64,000 bases of DNA, taken from the IMG/VR virus record IMGVR_UViG_3300042398_000319, positions 1 through 64,000 of that record; one strand, written 5' to 3'. Source of the DNA: a virus. Positions 1-11,500 of this stretch are shown here, piece by piece. Each line of letters begins with the position of its first letter. Position 1 is the stretch's first letter. The notes under the pieces were generated by a model. That model was not told where the DNA came from. It searched no databases and worked only from the letters and a program-made list of their open reading frames with translations. Made by a program: the position numbers and the translations under genes.

Positions 1-1
1 T

Positions 2-88
2 CGTCAAACAAAATCGGAAATTTATAGAATGCTCCCATCTATTGCTGAGGGGGTTAACTCCCACAATAGAGAGAAAGGATTAAGGTAA
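2..88 (+). CDS. 3' end of upstream gene (partial), possibly tape measure protein
   Basis: Open frame RQTKSEIYRMLPSIAEGVNSHNREKGLR* ends 4 nt before the next ATG. Product inferred only from position upstream of tail-tip genes. Confidence 0.4.
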   Translation, partial: RQTKSEIYRMLPSIAEGVNSHNREKGLR

Positions 89-92
89 AATT

Positions 93-683
93 ATGTATGG
101 TATCTATGAAAATGGAGAGGTGATTGCTAAATTTACAGCACCGCTAACAATTAAAAGCAATCAGCCAGTCTTCGTTTCAGATACCCTATCACTAAAACGA
201 TTTATTAGCCGTAGGAGTGCTCAACGTTGGGAAATCAACGCTGGCCTTGAGCCTCTTACGACTGATGCTCAGGACCTAATGGTTAATTTAGTGACTAAGG
301 GTTATTCTGAAACAGTGACAATAATTGTGCCCCAAAATTATGGAGCTAAGATGGTTAAAACAGCCACTGGAACTCCTGTAGTTTCTGGTGTAGCTGGACA
401 GAGTCAAGTTGTTATTTCAAGTGGTCTTTCTGGCTTATTGCCAAAGGGCACATTTGTAAAGTTTTCAAATCATTCTAAGGTATATATGACTACCTCTAAT
501 TTAGTAGGTAATGGTGTATTAACATTATTTCCTGCTCTTGTATCAAATGCAACCGGTACAATGACATATAGTAATGATGTGCAAATGCAATGTTTATATG
601 ACACAGACGTAGTAACAGGTATGGTATATAGTGATGGTGTTTTAATGGACACTGGAGAGATAAGGTTATTGGAGAAGTTATGA
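93..683 (+). CDS. putative tail protein (distal-tail-like)
   Basis: 196 aa, beta-rich, first gene of the tail-tip cluster, overlaps the next gene. Function inferred from synteny. Confidence 0.55.
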   Translation: MYGIYENGEVIAKFTAPLTIKSNQPVFVSDTLSLKRFISRRSAQRWEINAGLEPLTTDAQDLMVNLVTKGYSETVTIIVPQNYGAKMVKTATGTPVVSGVAGQSQVVISSGLSGLLPKGTFVKFSNHSKVYMTTSNLVGNGVLTLFPALVSNATGTMTYSNDVQMQCLYDTDVVTGMVYSDGVLMDTGEIRLLEKL

Positions 684-1276
684 TAAAGTTTAGTCAAACA
701 GTTCAAGATATACTAGCACAACCGCTGGTAGAAGCATTTTACTTAGTAGAGGTAATAATGTCTGAAAGTGTTTCTTATAAGTCTACTACATTCTTTAGAG
801 ATGTTACTACAATGAATGGTGCAACACCTATTGCCACATATTTAAGTGATGGTAAAATTGTAAGCATTGATGCTCCCAAATTATCCTCTACAGTTGATAG
901 AGAAATTTTTAAAATTAGTTTTGCAGACCCCAATTTTACTTTTGGGGCTACAATTGATTCAGGATTAATAGGAAAGCTTGTAGACGTTAAAATAGGCTTT
1001 GTCAATCAAACAACTAAACAACCAGAGTTAGATGCAGAAAATGTAATTACAGTGTATCGTGGGAATATTGACTCAAGTGATTATGCTATTAATACTGCAG
1101 AAATAGGTGAAGTTCTTTTAAATGTTGGCTGTTCAAGCCCAATGAATGATCTTGACTTAGTAAAAGCTTTTTATACAACTAAAGATGCTGCATCAACAAG
1201 AGATTCTTCAGATACTGCTTTTGATCAAATCTATGAAGGTTCAGGTATCTTACAACTTAAGTGGGGGAAAGTATAA
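680..1276 (+). CDS. putative tail tip/hub protein
   Basis: 198 aa ending DxAFDQIY...LKWGK, resembling siphovirus minor tail proteins; directly upstream of the gpJ-like gene. Confidence 0.55.
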   Translation: MIKFSQTVQDILAQPLVEAFYLVEVIMSESVSYKSTTFFRDVTTMNGATPIATYLSDGKIVSIDAPKLSSTVDREIFKISFADPNFTFGATIDSGLIGKLVDVKIGFVNQTTKQPELDAENVITVYRGNIDSSDYAINTAEIGEVLLNVGCSSPMNDLDLVKAFYTTKDAASTRDSSDTAFDQIYEGSGILQLKWGKV

Positions 1277-4200
1277 TGGCAGAGTTTATTGCAGCTGCAA
1301 AGTTTATAGGTTCTATCCTAGCTACAGCAGCACCCTACATCACAGCCGCTTCAATTGCTTATCAAGTTACACAAGCTAGAAAGATGCGAAAAGCTGCACA
1401 AGCAGCAGCTGAAGCTAGAAAAGGTTTTGAACTTGTAATTGAAGGCGAAGGAGTGACTTTACCAATTGTTTATGGTAGAGCAAAAATTGGTGGTGTTAGA
1501 GCATACCACAACACAGCAAGTAATTACGTTTATACGACGCCAAATAGTGATAAGGCAATTGTTAGTTCAGGTTTTAATAACAGTATTAATGGAGAAAAGA
1601 ATGAATTCTTATTTTTCCAACAGGCTTTATGCCAAGGTCCAATTAGCAATGTCTATGATGTTGTTTATGATGAGTCTCGTTACTCAGACGATCCAGACCT
1701 AAATTCATCCACTACTATTACGTACGATAACGGTGATGCTGAAAATCCAAATATTTATACAGAAACTAAACTAAAGTCAGGAACTCGTATTGATTTACAC
1801 TATGGTGATTTTGCAGTTGCAGATACTATTATGGCTGCTAATCATCCTGAAAGAGTTAACTCAATCTTTACACAAGTAAAAAATGGACTTGGACTTGCAT
1901 ATGCCTCAGTAGTTATAAAACTAGATAGAGATGATCCAACTTTTAATGCTGTACCAATGTTACAATTTTTTATTGAGGGCAAGAAAGTAAAGAATATCAT
2001 TAGGTCAGGTACTGTTGGAAATTACAGTTATTCAGTAGATCCATTAAGAGCATATTCTAATAACCCTGCTTTATGTTTATTAGACTACTTGCTAGATACT
2101 ACTTCTGGTAAAAATATTGATATTTCATTGATTGACTTAGAGTCTTTCTATAATGCTAAAACTGTATGTGATCAGGTTGTATTACAAGATGCTACTGTTG
2201 GTGGCAAAATTTATTTCCCAACTAATGGGAGCACTGGTGCAGAAGGCATTACTCCTACGTCAGTAACTAGAGATGTTAAGCTTTATGAGTGTAATGCTAT
2301 TATCGATACACAAAAGCCTCTTAGAGAAAACGTAGAAGCTATTCTAGCTACTATGGGTGATGCAAGACTTATTTGGTCTGCTGGTAAATATAAGCTCAAT
2401 TTACAGTATCCAAATAATAATGCTGCAATTGTTCTTTCTGCAGATCTGACAGATGAAGATTTAGTATTAGACAATACTGTTACAATTAATTGGCCAAGCT
2501 CTAGCGAGAGACTAAACCAATGTATTGTAAGATTCCATAATGAATCTGAAAACTTTAAGGAAGATACAGTATCCTGGCCTCCAAAAGTTTCTGGTACTTC
2601 GTTAAGAGGCATTGGCGGATTTAAATACCCAGTAGCAGAAGATGATGGTTGGCCAGATAATGCTGGTGGTACTCTACTTAAGAAATATGCAGTATGGTCT
2701 GGTACAGGTTCTTCTTTTGATCAAACATGGAAATTCTTTGTAAAAGAAACTGGTACATTTAATATTGAATACACTGGTGATAACAGTGCAATAGTTACAA
2801 TAACAACTGCAGATGGCTCCCCTGTGTTCTCAGGAAGTAACTACAATTATCAAGCCGTAAATACAGGAACATTTAATTTAACTGCTAATACAGAGTATCG
2901 TATAAGAATTCAAGGTAATGATGACAATGTGGGTAACAAAGGTGTTGCTGCTAAGATTAGCAAAGGCTCTTTTATTTATTGGACCACTCGTTCGGAAAAT
3001 TACACTGGCTTTTTAACAGTTGTCAATGACGCATCTGTGTTTAATCAAATGAAAGCAGATGATAATGGTATTGACTTGGAGACTGATATCTTTGCTGATG
3101 GTGTAACAGACTACTATCATGCACTAGCAAAAGCTGAAGAACTTGTTAGAGTAAGTAGAACTGCTTTTGGTATTCAATTTAAATATGTTATCAAAGATAA
3201 GTTTTTAGAGCCAGGTGATTTTATTAGGCTAAATAGTGAAACATTAAATTTAGGTTTAGATGGTGAGCTTTACCTTCGTGTTAATGAAGTAAAAATTACA
3301 GAAGAGTCTGTATGTGAAGTAAACGCAACAAGATTTGATTCTACACAATTAGCCTGGAATGTAAATGATAACGAATACATTAGAGCACCTAATGTTTATA
3401 ACTTTGTATTTGGTACTCCTACAAGTTTAGTGTACACTCAGCAAGAAACTGAAATTCTGAATTCTTCAGGAAAATTAACTTGGAACGGAGTAGACACAAG
3501 TGCATTAGACACTTATATTACTTATTACTATATCCCAGGAAATATAGATGTAAATCAAGAGATTATTTGGACTGAACTAGGCAGAACCACAGATACCAGT
3601 TTTAATCTTCCACCATTAACAATTGACAAAACAATTTTTGGTGTTAGGGCATTATCTAAAGCAGGTAAATTGTCTAATATGGCAACTACTGCTCTTGTTG
3701 ATATTGAACCTGCAGTTGTCGTATCTCCTTATACAGTAGTATTGTCTAACGATTCATTGGTATTTACTTGTGATAAGGATGGTAATCCACTTTCTGGGCA
3801 ATTACCCAAGACAATAAATGTTTATACTTATAGGGGCCTTGATTTAGTAACTTCAGGTATTACTTATGGACTTACTCAAACAGGCTGTACTGCGGTAATA
3901 TCTAATGGTGTTATAACAATTTCTAACATTAATAATCTTTATGCAAGCATTGTTGTAACAGTTACAATTGATTCAAGAACTATAACTAAAACAGTATCTC
4001 TTGCTAAAGCAATAACGGGTGCAACAGGCTTAACTGGAGACCCTGGAAATCCTGGTATTAACGGCAATCAATATGCAACAGTAACATTGTACCAATGGTC
4101 TACTGCTACCCCAGGTAATCCAAGTAATGAAAGCGTTTACACATGGGCGACTGGAGTTAATGGGAATTATACAGGTTCAGGAAATTGGTCAACAACTATT

Positions 4201-7110
4201 CCTGCAAACCCAGGAATTCCACAATTACAATTATGGACAGCAACAAAATCTATTTCAGCTATAGCAGGTACAGCTACTACAATAGTGTCTTGGTCTAGTG
4301 GTTATAGCATATCTTCTGTAACAATAAATGGAGCTACAGGAAGCCCTGGAATTAATGGTCTACAAATTGCTAGACCTACTGTTTACCAATGGGCTTTATC
4401 AATACCTGTTTCTCCAGTAGGTACATCTACTTATACATGGGCTACAAATAGTTTTACACCTACGCCTAGTGGATGGAGCCAAGTAATCAATTCTGCACCT
4501 ACTGCTGGTTATACTTTGTGGGCAGCAGTTGTAACTATTTCGGATAATGCCTCAGCTACTACTAGTTCAATAAATTGGACTAATTCAAGTGTTATTGCTT
4601 CAGGTTATGCAGGTACAAATGGTAGTAATGGTTCTCCCGGTCAGCAAGGTGCCTCTGCTAGAGTTTCTTATACTAAAACAGCATTAACCTCTTTGGCATC
4701 TACTCCTTTTAATATTGTTACAGTAGGTAACACCTCATATCCTCCAAACACATCGTGGGGTTCAGATACAGTATGGCAAGGCACTCCTCCAACTATTAAT
4801 GCTGGTGAATCAGTTTATCAATCTGATGGTGTTTACGATCCAGTAACAAATAATACTGTTTGGAATGTACCATATCTATCAGCCTTAAAAGTAGGTAGTT
4901 TATCTGCTATTACAACTAATACAGGTAACTTGACAGTATCTGGTACAATCAAATCTAGTACAGCTGAAATCAGTGGTACAACAATGACTGGTGCTGGTGC
5001 AGTTGTGTATTCAAATGGTCAGTTTGCCGTTGGTAATACTACTAATAATATTACTTATAACGGTAGTGTTATAACACTTAATGGTCAAGTTGTAGTGCCA
5101 AGTAACATTGATACTCGTAATCTTACTATTAAGGATTCAGCAGGAAATGTAATCTTTGGTTCAGGAACTAATCTTGATTATTCAAGAATTACAGCTTCAT
5201 CGGGATGGTTGAATAGTAATATATCTATTGCATCAAATGGTAGTTTGTCTGGAGCAGGTGGAGGTACAGTTACAGCAGCTGGTATTAATGCAGTACAAAC
5301 TAGTTTAGGTAACGCACCTGCTGGTATTTTAAATAATAATATTGGGCTAACTCTCAATTCTAATGGTACATTAAGCGTTTCTGGTGGACCTGTTGCATCA
5401 GGTACAGTTACAGCTGCTGGTATTAGTGCAGTACAAACTAGCCTTGGCAATGCTCCTGCTGGAATATTAAATAGTAATATTAGTTTAAGTAGTAACGGTA
5501 CACTAAACAATGCTGGTGGTGGCACAGTAACAATCAGTGGACTTGGTTATTCAGGTGCATTAGATGCAACTAAAAACATATTTACACAAGGTGCAATTGC
5601 AAGCAGACCTACAGGTGCAGATGGTGATATCTTTTATGCAACAGATATTTTTCAGTTATATCAGAAAATTTCTGGTAGCTGGGTCTTAGCAGCTAATAAT
5701 ACATCTGTAGATGCTTCAGGTGTAATTCGTGGCACCTCTACTGGTGCTGGTACAACTGTTGCAAATAGCCAAATTACTATTTCAGGTGGTGCTATTAACG
5801 GTATTGGTGCAGGTTCAGGTACAGCTGTTGCTAATTCAGCTATTACTATTTCTTCAGGCTCAATTAATGGTATTGGTACTGGTACAGGCACGGTAGTAGC
5901 TAATAATGAAATTAATATTGTTAATGGAGCACTCTCGGGTATTGGTACTGGTACAGGCACGGTAGTAGCTAACAGTGCAATTGCTGTGTCTGGCGGTAAT
6001 ATTACTGGTATTGGAACCGGTAATAATACTGCAGTAGCTAATTCTGCAATTACTATTTCAGGAAACAATATTAATGGTATTGGAACTGGAAATGGTACAG
6101 CGGTAGCTAATAGTGCTATTTCAATTGGTTCAGATGGTACTTTATATGGTGCTGGTGGTGGTACAGTTACCGCTAGTGGTTTAGGTGCTGTTAGAACAGA
6201 CTTAGCAAATGCACCTGCTGGTATTTTAAATAGTAATGTAACACTAGGTACTCTTGGTGCTGGTGGTTTTGCTTACCTAAATACTATTACAAGCGGTAAT
6301 GTCTCTACATACATCTCAGGCGCAGCTATTGGTACGGCTCAAGTTGGTATATTGACTGCTGGAAATATTGGAGCTGGAACTATCGATGCAAGTAAAATTG
6401 CTGCAAATACAATTACTGCCGATAAAATCAATAGTGGTACTGTATTTACAAACTCTCTTCAAGTAGGTAGTTCTCCTTCCGTATCTGGTACTTCAATGAC
6501 TGGATCAGGTGGTATACTAAATAGCACTGGTACTTTTGCTTTAGGTAATAGTTCTACTAACATTAGCTATAATGGCAGTCAAATGACGCTTAATGGTAAT
6601 GTAGTTGCTACTGGAAATATCAATACTAATGCCGTTACAACAGCCGCATATGGCTCTTATAATGGATTTCACAGATGGTGGCAGGGCTCTGTAACCGGAC
6701 CTTTAGTTGACACTTTTGCATCAATCTCATTTTCTGCTAATGCAGGAGATGTGGTATTACTTGAAGCAACCTTTGATCCTAGGGTTAATACACTTTATCC
6801 CTATATTTGGGATGAGTACACCTACATTTCTGTTTTAAGAGCTCAACTTCAGTTTAATGGTGTTGTTGTTACAGAAACAAAAAGTTCTAGTATTACGAAC
6901 TTCGGTGGAATAAGCGACACTAGTCCTATTACAGCTTTAGAAGGCTGGGTAACCTCTAAGGTTATTAGGGCAACAGCAACAGTTAGTACAAGTGGTACTC
7001 AGACTTTAAGTTTAAATGGTTATTCCTATGGGTTAGCAGGTGGTTTTGGTAATGGTGGTTCCTACGCTTTTCAAAACATTGTTTTAAGTGCATTTATTCG
7101 GAGACGCTAA
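1276..7110 (+). CDS. central tail tip / host-specificity protein (gpJ-like) with repetitive C-terminal extension
   Basis: LPIVYG, NNPALCLLDYL and YECNAIIDT segments typical of tip attachment proteins; collagen-like G-x-x stretches and Gly/Ser/Thr repeats. ATG 1276 chosen because of the TAATG overlap. Confidence 0.8.
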   Translation: MAEFIAAAKFIGSILATAAPYITAASIAYQVTQARKMRKAAQAAAEARKGFELVIEGEGVTLPIVYGRAKIGGVRAYHNTASNYVYTTPNSDKAIVSSGFNNSINGEKNEFLFFQQALCQGPISNVYDVVYDESRYSDDPDLNSSTTITYDNGDAENPNIYTETKLKSGTRIDLHYGDFAVADTIMAANHPERVNSIFTQVKNGLGLAYASVVIKLDRDDPTFNAVPMLQFFIEGKKVKNIIRSGTVGNYSYSVDPLRAYSNNPALCLLDYLLDTTSGKNIDISLIDLESFYNAKTVCDQVVLQDATVGGKIYFPTNGSTGAEGITPTSVTRDVKLYECNAIIDTQKPLRENVEAILATMGDARLIWSAGKYKLNLQYPNNNAAIVLSADLTDEDLVLDNTVTINWPSSSERLNQCIVRFHNESENFKEDTVSWPPKVSGTSLRGIGGFKYPVAEDDGWPDNAGGTLLKKYAVWSGTGSSFDQTWKFFVKETGTFNIEYTGDNSAIVTITTADGSPVFSGSNYNYQAVNTGTFNLTANTEYRIRIQGNDDNVGNKGVAAKISKGSFIYWTTRSENYTGFLTVVNDASVFNQMKADDNGIDLETDIFADGVTDYYHALAKAEELVRVSRTAFGIQFKYVIKDKFLEPGDFIRLNSETLNLGLDGELYLRVNEVKITEESVCEVNATRFDSTQLAWNVNDNEYIRAPNVYNFVFGTPTSLVYTQQETEILNSSGKLTWNGVDTSALDTYITYYYIPGNIDVNQEIIWTELGRTTDTSFNLPPLTIDKTIFGVRALSKAGKLSNMATTALVDIEPAVVVSPYTVVLSNDSLVFTCDKDGNPLSGQLPKTINVYTYRGLDLVTSGITYGLTQTGCTAVISNGVITISNINNLYASIVVTVTIDSRTITKTVSLAKAITGATGLTGDPGNPGINGNQYATVTLYQWSTATPGNPSNESVYTWATGVNGNYTGSGNWSTTIPANPGIPQLQLWTATKSISAIAGTATTIVSWSSGYSISSVTINGATGSPGINGLQIARPTVYQWALSIPVSPVGTSTYTWATNSFTPTPSGWSQVINSAPTAGYTLWAAVVTISDNASATTSSINWTNSSVIASGYAGTNGSNGSPGQQGASARVSYTKTALTSLASTPFNIVTVGNTSYPPNTSWGSDTVWQGTPPTINAGESVYQSDGVYDPVTNNTVWNVPYLSALKVGSLSAITTNTGNLTVSGTIKSSTAEISGTTMTGAGAVVYSNGQFAVGNTTNNITYNGSVITLNGQVVVPSNIDTRNLTIKDSAGNVIFGSGTNLDYSRITASSGWLNSNISIASNGSLSGAGGGTVTAAGINAVQTSLGNAPAGILNNNIGLTLNSNGTLSVSGGPVASGTVTAAGISAVQTSLGNAPAGILNSNISLSSNGTLNNAGGGTVTISGLGYSGALDATKNIFTQGAIASRPTGADGDIFYATDIFQLYQKISGSWVLAANNTSVDASGVIRGTSTGAGTTVANSQITISGGAINGIGAGSGTAVANSAITISSGSINGIGTGTGTVVANNEINIVNGALSGIGTGTGTVVANSAIAVSGGNITGIGTGNNTAVANSAITISGNNINGIGTGNGTAVANSAISIGSDGTLYGAGGGTVTASGLGAVRTDLANAPAGILNSNVTLGTLGAGGFAYLNTITSGNVSTYISGAAIGTAQVGILTAGNIGAGTIDASKIAANTITADKINSGTVFTNSLQVGSSPSVSGTSMTGSGGILNSTGTFALGNSSTNISYNGSQMTLNGNVVATGNINTNAVTTAAYGSYNGFHRWWQGSVTGPLVDTFASISFSANAGDVVLLEATFDPRVNTLYPYIWDEYTYISVLRAQLQFNGVVVTETKSSSITNFGGISDTSPITALEGWVTSKVIRATATVSTSGTQTLSLNGYSYGLAGGFGNGGSYAFQNIVLSAFIRRR

Positions 7111-7535
7111 TGAAATTTTATGCAAGAATATCTAACAACATTTTACAACAAGGTTATGGGCTAGATGAAGATTCCTTTGAAGCAACAAAGCAAATATATC
7201 CAGAAGATACATTCTTAGAAACAGACAGTTTATGCGCACCTGATACTCATTATTTTCAGGATGGTGAAGTTATAAAGAAATCAGAAAAACCATCAAATTC
7301 TTGTTTTTGGAATGATACAACTTTTTCTTGGGTAGAAAACTCCCAGCTAAAAGAAGTTGAAGTTAAACGAAATAGACATATGTTGCTATCAAGTTCTGAC
7401 TGGACTCAATTACCTAATAATCCATTGAGTATAGAAAAACAAACAGCTTGGGCAAACTATCGTCAAGAGCTTAGGGATATAACCACACAATCAGGTTATC
7501 CTTTTGATGTTGTTTGGCCAACTAAACCAAATTAA
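7110..7535 (+). CDS. tail fibre assembly chaperone-like protein
   Basis: C-terminal R..LL..SDWTQLP..P...W..YRQELRDI..Q.GYP..V.WP.KP pattern. Confidence 0.75.
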   Translation: MKFYARISNNILQQGYGLDEDSFEATKQIYPEDTFLETDSLCAPDTHYFQDGEVIKKSEKPSNSCFWNDTTFSWVENSQLKEVEVKRNRHMLLSSSDWTQLPNNPLSIEKQTAWANYRQELRDITTQSGYPFDVVWPTKPN

Positions 7536-7542
7536 TCAATTT

Positions 7543-7560
7543 ACCAGGGGACGCTAAAGA
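7543..7560 (+). promoter_or_regulatory. putative phage RNAP promoter, copy 1 (ACCAGGGGACGCTAAAGA)
   Basis: 18-bp motif found four times, always intergenic and on the same strand. Confidence 0.75.
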
Positions 7561-7594
7561 GAGATCCTAGGCTCCCCTAGGTAATATATTATAT

Positions 7595-8053
7595 ATGATA
7601 TTAATAGATAAAATAAGAACATTAGAAGAAATCGATAAATGCCTAGATATTTCATTAGAACTATTTAGTCATTATGAATCAAATGAAATCGGAATAGATG
7701 AAGTTTACTGTAGGGAAAACCTGATAGCTCTTGCTAAACGTGGTGATTTCTTCAGGATTGTTAAATACAATGATGAACTAGTTGGTTGGATGGCTGCAAA
7801 AGTAAGTAGTCCATATCTACACTCTAGAGAAAAAGTATTGTATCAATTATATTACCATTGTAGCTTATCTGGATATTCTGCTGTAAAAGCATTAATTCTT
7901 GTCCATGAAGCAATGATAGAGACTGCTAGAGAAAAGAATATTCGTCTAGTGGTTACGTCTAGTGAACTAGATAACTATGAAACATTCAATCGAGTGTTAC
8001 TAAAACAAGGCTGGATAAAGAGAAACAAAAGTTTAATTTATCCAATTGATTAA
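7595..8053 (+). CDS. putative GNAT-family acetyltransferase-like protein
   Basis: 152 aa with LVGWMAA strand, helix 'ALILVHEAMIETAREKNIRLV' and terminal 'LLKQGW', consistent with the GNAT fold. Confidence 0.5.
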   Translation: MILIDKIRTLEEIDKCLDISLELFSHYESNEIGIDEVYCRENLIALAKRGDFFRIVKYNDELVGWMAAKVSSPYLHSREKVLYQLYYHCSLSGYSAVKALILVHEAMIETAREKNIRLVVTSSELDNYETFNRVLLKQGWIKRNKSLIYPID

Positions 8054-8089
8054 CCTGAACTCCATCTGAGGATCGAGAAGGGAACAAAA

Positions 8090-8527
8090 ATGGCAAGAAG
8101 TAAAATTACGTCTGCATCAAAAGATTTAATATCTGATGATGGTGCAGTATTAGTGTCTGTTATCAAGGGTGAACAGATACACTTAAATTTAACCCTATCT
8201 TGGCTTACTAACATTTCGGATTATCAAATCTTTAGTAAAGTCGTAGAAGCGAATAATGACGGTTCAGGTGCAATTCCTGAAACAGTCAAACCAGGTGGTG
8301 TAATTGTGGATATCCCTTTATTGGATACCGCTGACACTAATAACCAATTTATTATGGTTATTCCAGAGACACTAATTACTGGCTGGTCAACACAACCAAC
8401 ACCAAACAAACCAGTATACGGTTACATCGATTTAGAAATTCGTGATACTGGTATTGGTACTCGTAAACAAGTGTGGAAACCTTTTAGGGGTCTAATTGAA
8501 GTAAGATATTCTCCAACAGAGGTATAA
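8090..8527 (+). CDS. putative virion structural protein (tail fibre attachment)
   Basis: 145 aa, beta-rich, immediately upstream of the long tail fibre. Confidence 0.45.
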   Translation: MARSKITSASKDLISDDGAVLVSVIKGEQIHLNLTLSWLTNISDYQIFSKVVEANNDGSGAIPETVKPGGVIVDIPLLDTADTNNQFIMVIPETLITGWSTQPTPNKPVYGYIDLEIRDTGIGTRKQVWKPFRGLIEVRYSPTEV

Positions 8528-8528
8528 T

Positions 8529-11500
8529 ATGGCTACACAAAATTATGAAGTTACAGTTAATCCTAATGCGATTACACTAGACTTAACAACTCAAAATAAT
8601 ATTTTAACAGTACAGACAGTTGACTACGTAATGTCTTTGTCTCGTACTGGTGGCCAAGGTGCACAAGGTTATAGTGCATACGAAATTGCTGTTCAAAATG
8701 GATATACAGGTACAGCCCAAGAGTTCTCTGATGAGTTAGCTTCAATTGCTGAAAAGTCAGCTCTAGCTGTTGCGTCTGCTGCTGCTGCAGCTACCTCAGC
8801 TACTTCCGCTACTAATAGTGCTACTGCCTCTGCCGCAAGTGCAAGCAATTCTTCTATTAGTGCAGGTGCCGCAAGTGCTAGCGCCAATGCTGCCGCTCAG
8901 AGTGCAGTCACTGCTGCTGCCCAAGCTAATGCCTCTTCACAGAGCGCAACTAACTCAGCAGCTAGTGCCTTAGAATCAAGTAACTATGCAGATGCCTCAG
9001 AAGACAGTGCTATTGACTCTGAGCTTTCTGCCGCTGATGCTGCAGCTAGTGAGGATGCTGCTGCAAGCTCAGAAGCTAATGCTTTATTGTATCGTAATGA
9101 AGCTCAAACTGCTGCAACAAGTGCAGGTACAAGTTCTACTAATGCAAATGCTCAAGCCTTAGCTGCAAGTTTAAGTGCTGCAAGTGCTGCAACAAGTGCT
9201 ACTAATGCAGACAACAGTGAAGACAATGCCGCATCTAGTGCAACATCTGCTCTTAATAGTGCTACAAGTGCCAACACAAGTGCTAACCAAGCTGCTATTT
9301 CAGCTACTACAGCTACTACACAAGCTACAAGTGCTACTAATAGTGCTACTGCAGCTGCCGCTAGTCAAGCTGATGCTTTGGTCTCAAAGAACTCAGCAAG
9401 CGCTAGTGCATCAACTGCTACAACAAAAGCCTCTGAAGCCTCTAATAGTGCTGCTACTGCTTCAACTAAAGCTACAGAAGCGTCTGCAAGTGCTGCTCAA
9501 GCAGTTCTTAGTGCTACCTCTGCATCTACCTCAGCTAGTACAGCTACATTAAAAGCCGCTGAAGCTGCTCAAAGTGCCGCTGATGCTGCCGCTGCCCAAG
9601 CTGCTGCTGAAGCTAGTTTGGCATCCTTTAGAAGTACCTACTTAGGCGAACTCAATGCTGATCCTACCTTAGACGGTAATGGTGATCCAGTAATGATTGG
9701 TGCTGAGTACTTTAATAGCGTAGCGAACAAATTAAAAGTTTACACATCTACTGGCTGGCAGTTCTATGATGCAACCGCACAAACAGCCTCTCAGAATGCT
9801 GCATTGAGTGCTTCTCAAGCCGCTTCTAGTGCTGCTACTTCACAGAGCTATGCTACTACAGCGATTAATAAAGCCGCTGAAGCCGCTACTTCTGCTAATG
9901 CCGCTGATGCAAGTGCTGATGCTGCTCTGGCCTCTGAAAATGCTGCTGAGAGCTCTGAGATTAATGCTAGTGCATCTGAGAACTATGCTCTTAATTACAA
10001 AAATGCTGCTGCAACAAGCGCTGACTTAGCTTCTTCATATGCTTCGGCTTCTGGAGTAAGTGCTACTAATGCTGCAACAAGTGCAACTACAGCAACTACA
10101 CAAGCAACTAACTCTGCTAATAGCGCTACAGCAAGTGCCACCTCAGCTACCAATTCAGCTAATAGCGCTTTAGCGTCTGCTAATTCAGCGACTAATGCTG
10201 CTAATTCAGCCGCTAGTGCCGCTACCTCTGCTAATGATGCAGGTGTCTCTGAAGCTAACGCAGATACCTCTGAAGCTAATGCTCTGGCTAGTGCAAATAC
10301 AGCAACAACCAAAGCTGCTGAAGCTTCTACAAGCGCTACTAATGCAGCCACAAGTGCTACTAACTCTGCGGCAAGTGCTACCTCATCTGCATTAAGCGAA
10401 GGATTGGCTACAACTGCTGCAGCTACTGCAACAACCAAAGCTAGTGAAGCGAGTGTATCTGCAACAAGTGCTAGTGGATCAGCCACAACAGCAACTACTA
10501 AAGCTGCTGAAGCAACTACTGCTGCAACAAGTGCAAACACAAGTGCCACTAATGCCGCAACTAGCGCAACTAATGCAGCTAATTCAGCTTCAAGTGCAAC
10601 TACAAGTTCTGCTTCGGCTAGTACAAGCGCAACTCTTGCAGGTAACTCTGCTAATGCTGCTGCTCTTAGCGAAACTAATGCTGCTACAAGCGCTAGTGCT
10701 GCAAACACATATGCGTCTAATGCCGCTACCTCAGCCAGCTCTGCTGATACTTCTGAGTCTAATGCAGAGATCTATGCAGACAACGCTTTAGCAAGTTCTA
10801 TTGCTGCTGCAAACACAGTTACTACAGTTACTGGTTATGCAAACACAGCAAGCACTAAGGCTGATGAGGCAAGCGCATCTGCTACTAGTGCGGCTAATTC
10901 TGCTACAAGCGCTACTGCATCGGCTAATATTGCAACTACACAAGCTACTAATGCAAGCAACTCAGCAACAGCTGCAAGTACCTCCGCTAGTAATGCAAGT
11001 GCTTCAGCCACAACTGCAACTACTCAAGCTAGCAATGCGGCATCCTCTGCCACCTCTGCAAGTACTTCTGCTAGTGCTGCAAATATTTCAGCTATCAATG
11101 CAGACACATCTGCCACGAATGCTGCTAGTAGTGCTAATACAGCTAACGTTGCTAAAGCTGCCGCTGAAGCTGCCCGTGATCAAGCTCTAGCTGCCTTTGA
11201 TAATTTTGATGATAAGTACTTAGGTGAAAAGGCCTCTAATCCAACATTAGACAACGATGGTAATCCTCTAGTTGTTGGTGCATTGTACTTTAACACTACT
11301 CTACAAGGAATGAGAGTTTATACAGGTACTGCATGGGTTGCCGCTTACATGTCTGGTGATGGTTATTTACTTGCTAGTAATAACCTTTCAGAGCTAACTA
11401 ACGTTGTAACAGCAAGAGCTAATTTAGGTCTTGGTACTTCGGCTTTAGCTAACGGATACAGTCTAGATGGTTTAACAGATGTAACAATCAGTTCAGCTAC

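Noticed and set aside
9995-10708. 237-aa minus-strand ORF and other antisense or alternate-frame ORFs over the tail genes (e.g. 5178..5525, 5661..6068, 9175..9552)
   Set aside because: Shadow frames of low-complexity Ala/Ser/Thr/Gly codons, with no RBS context; all credible genes are on the + strand.
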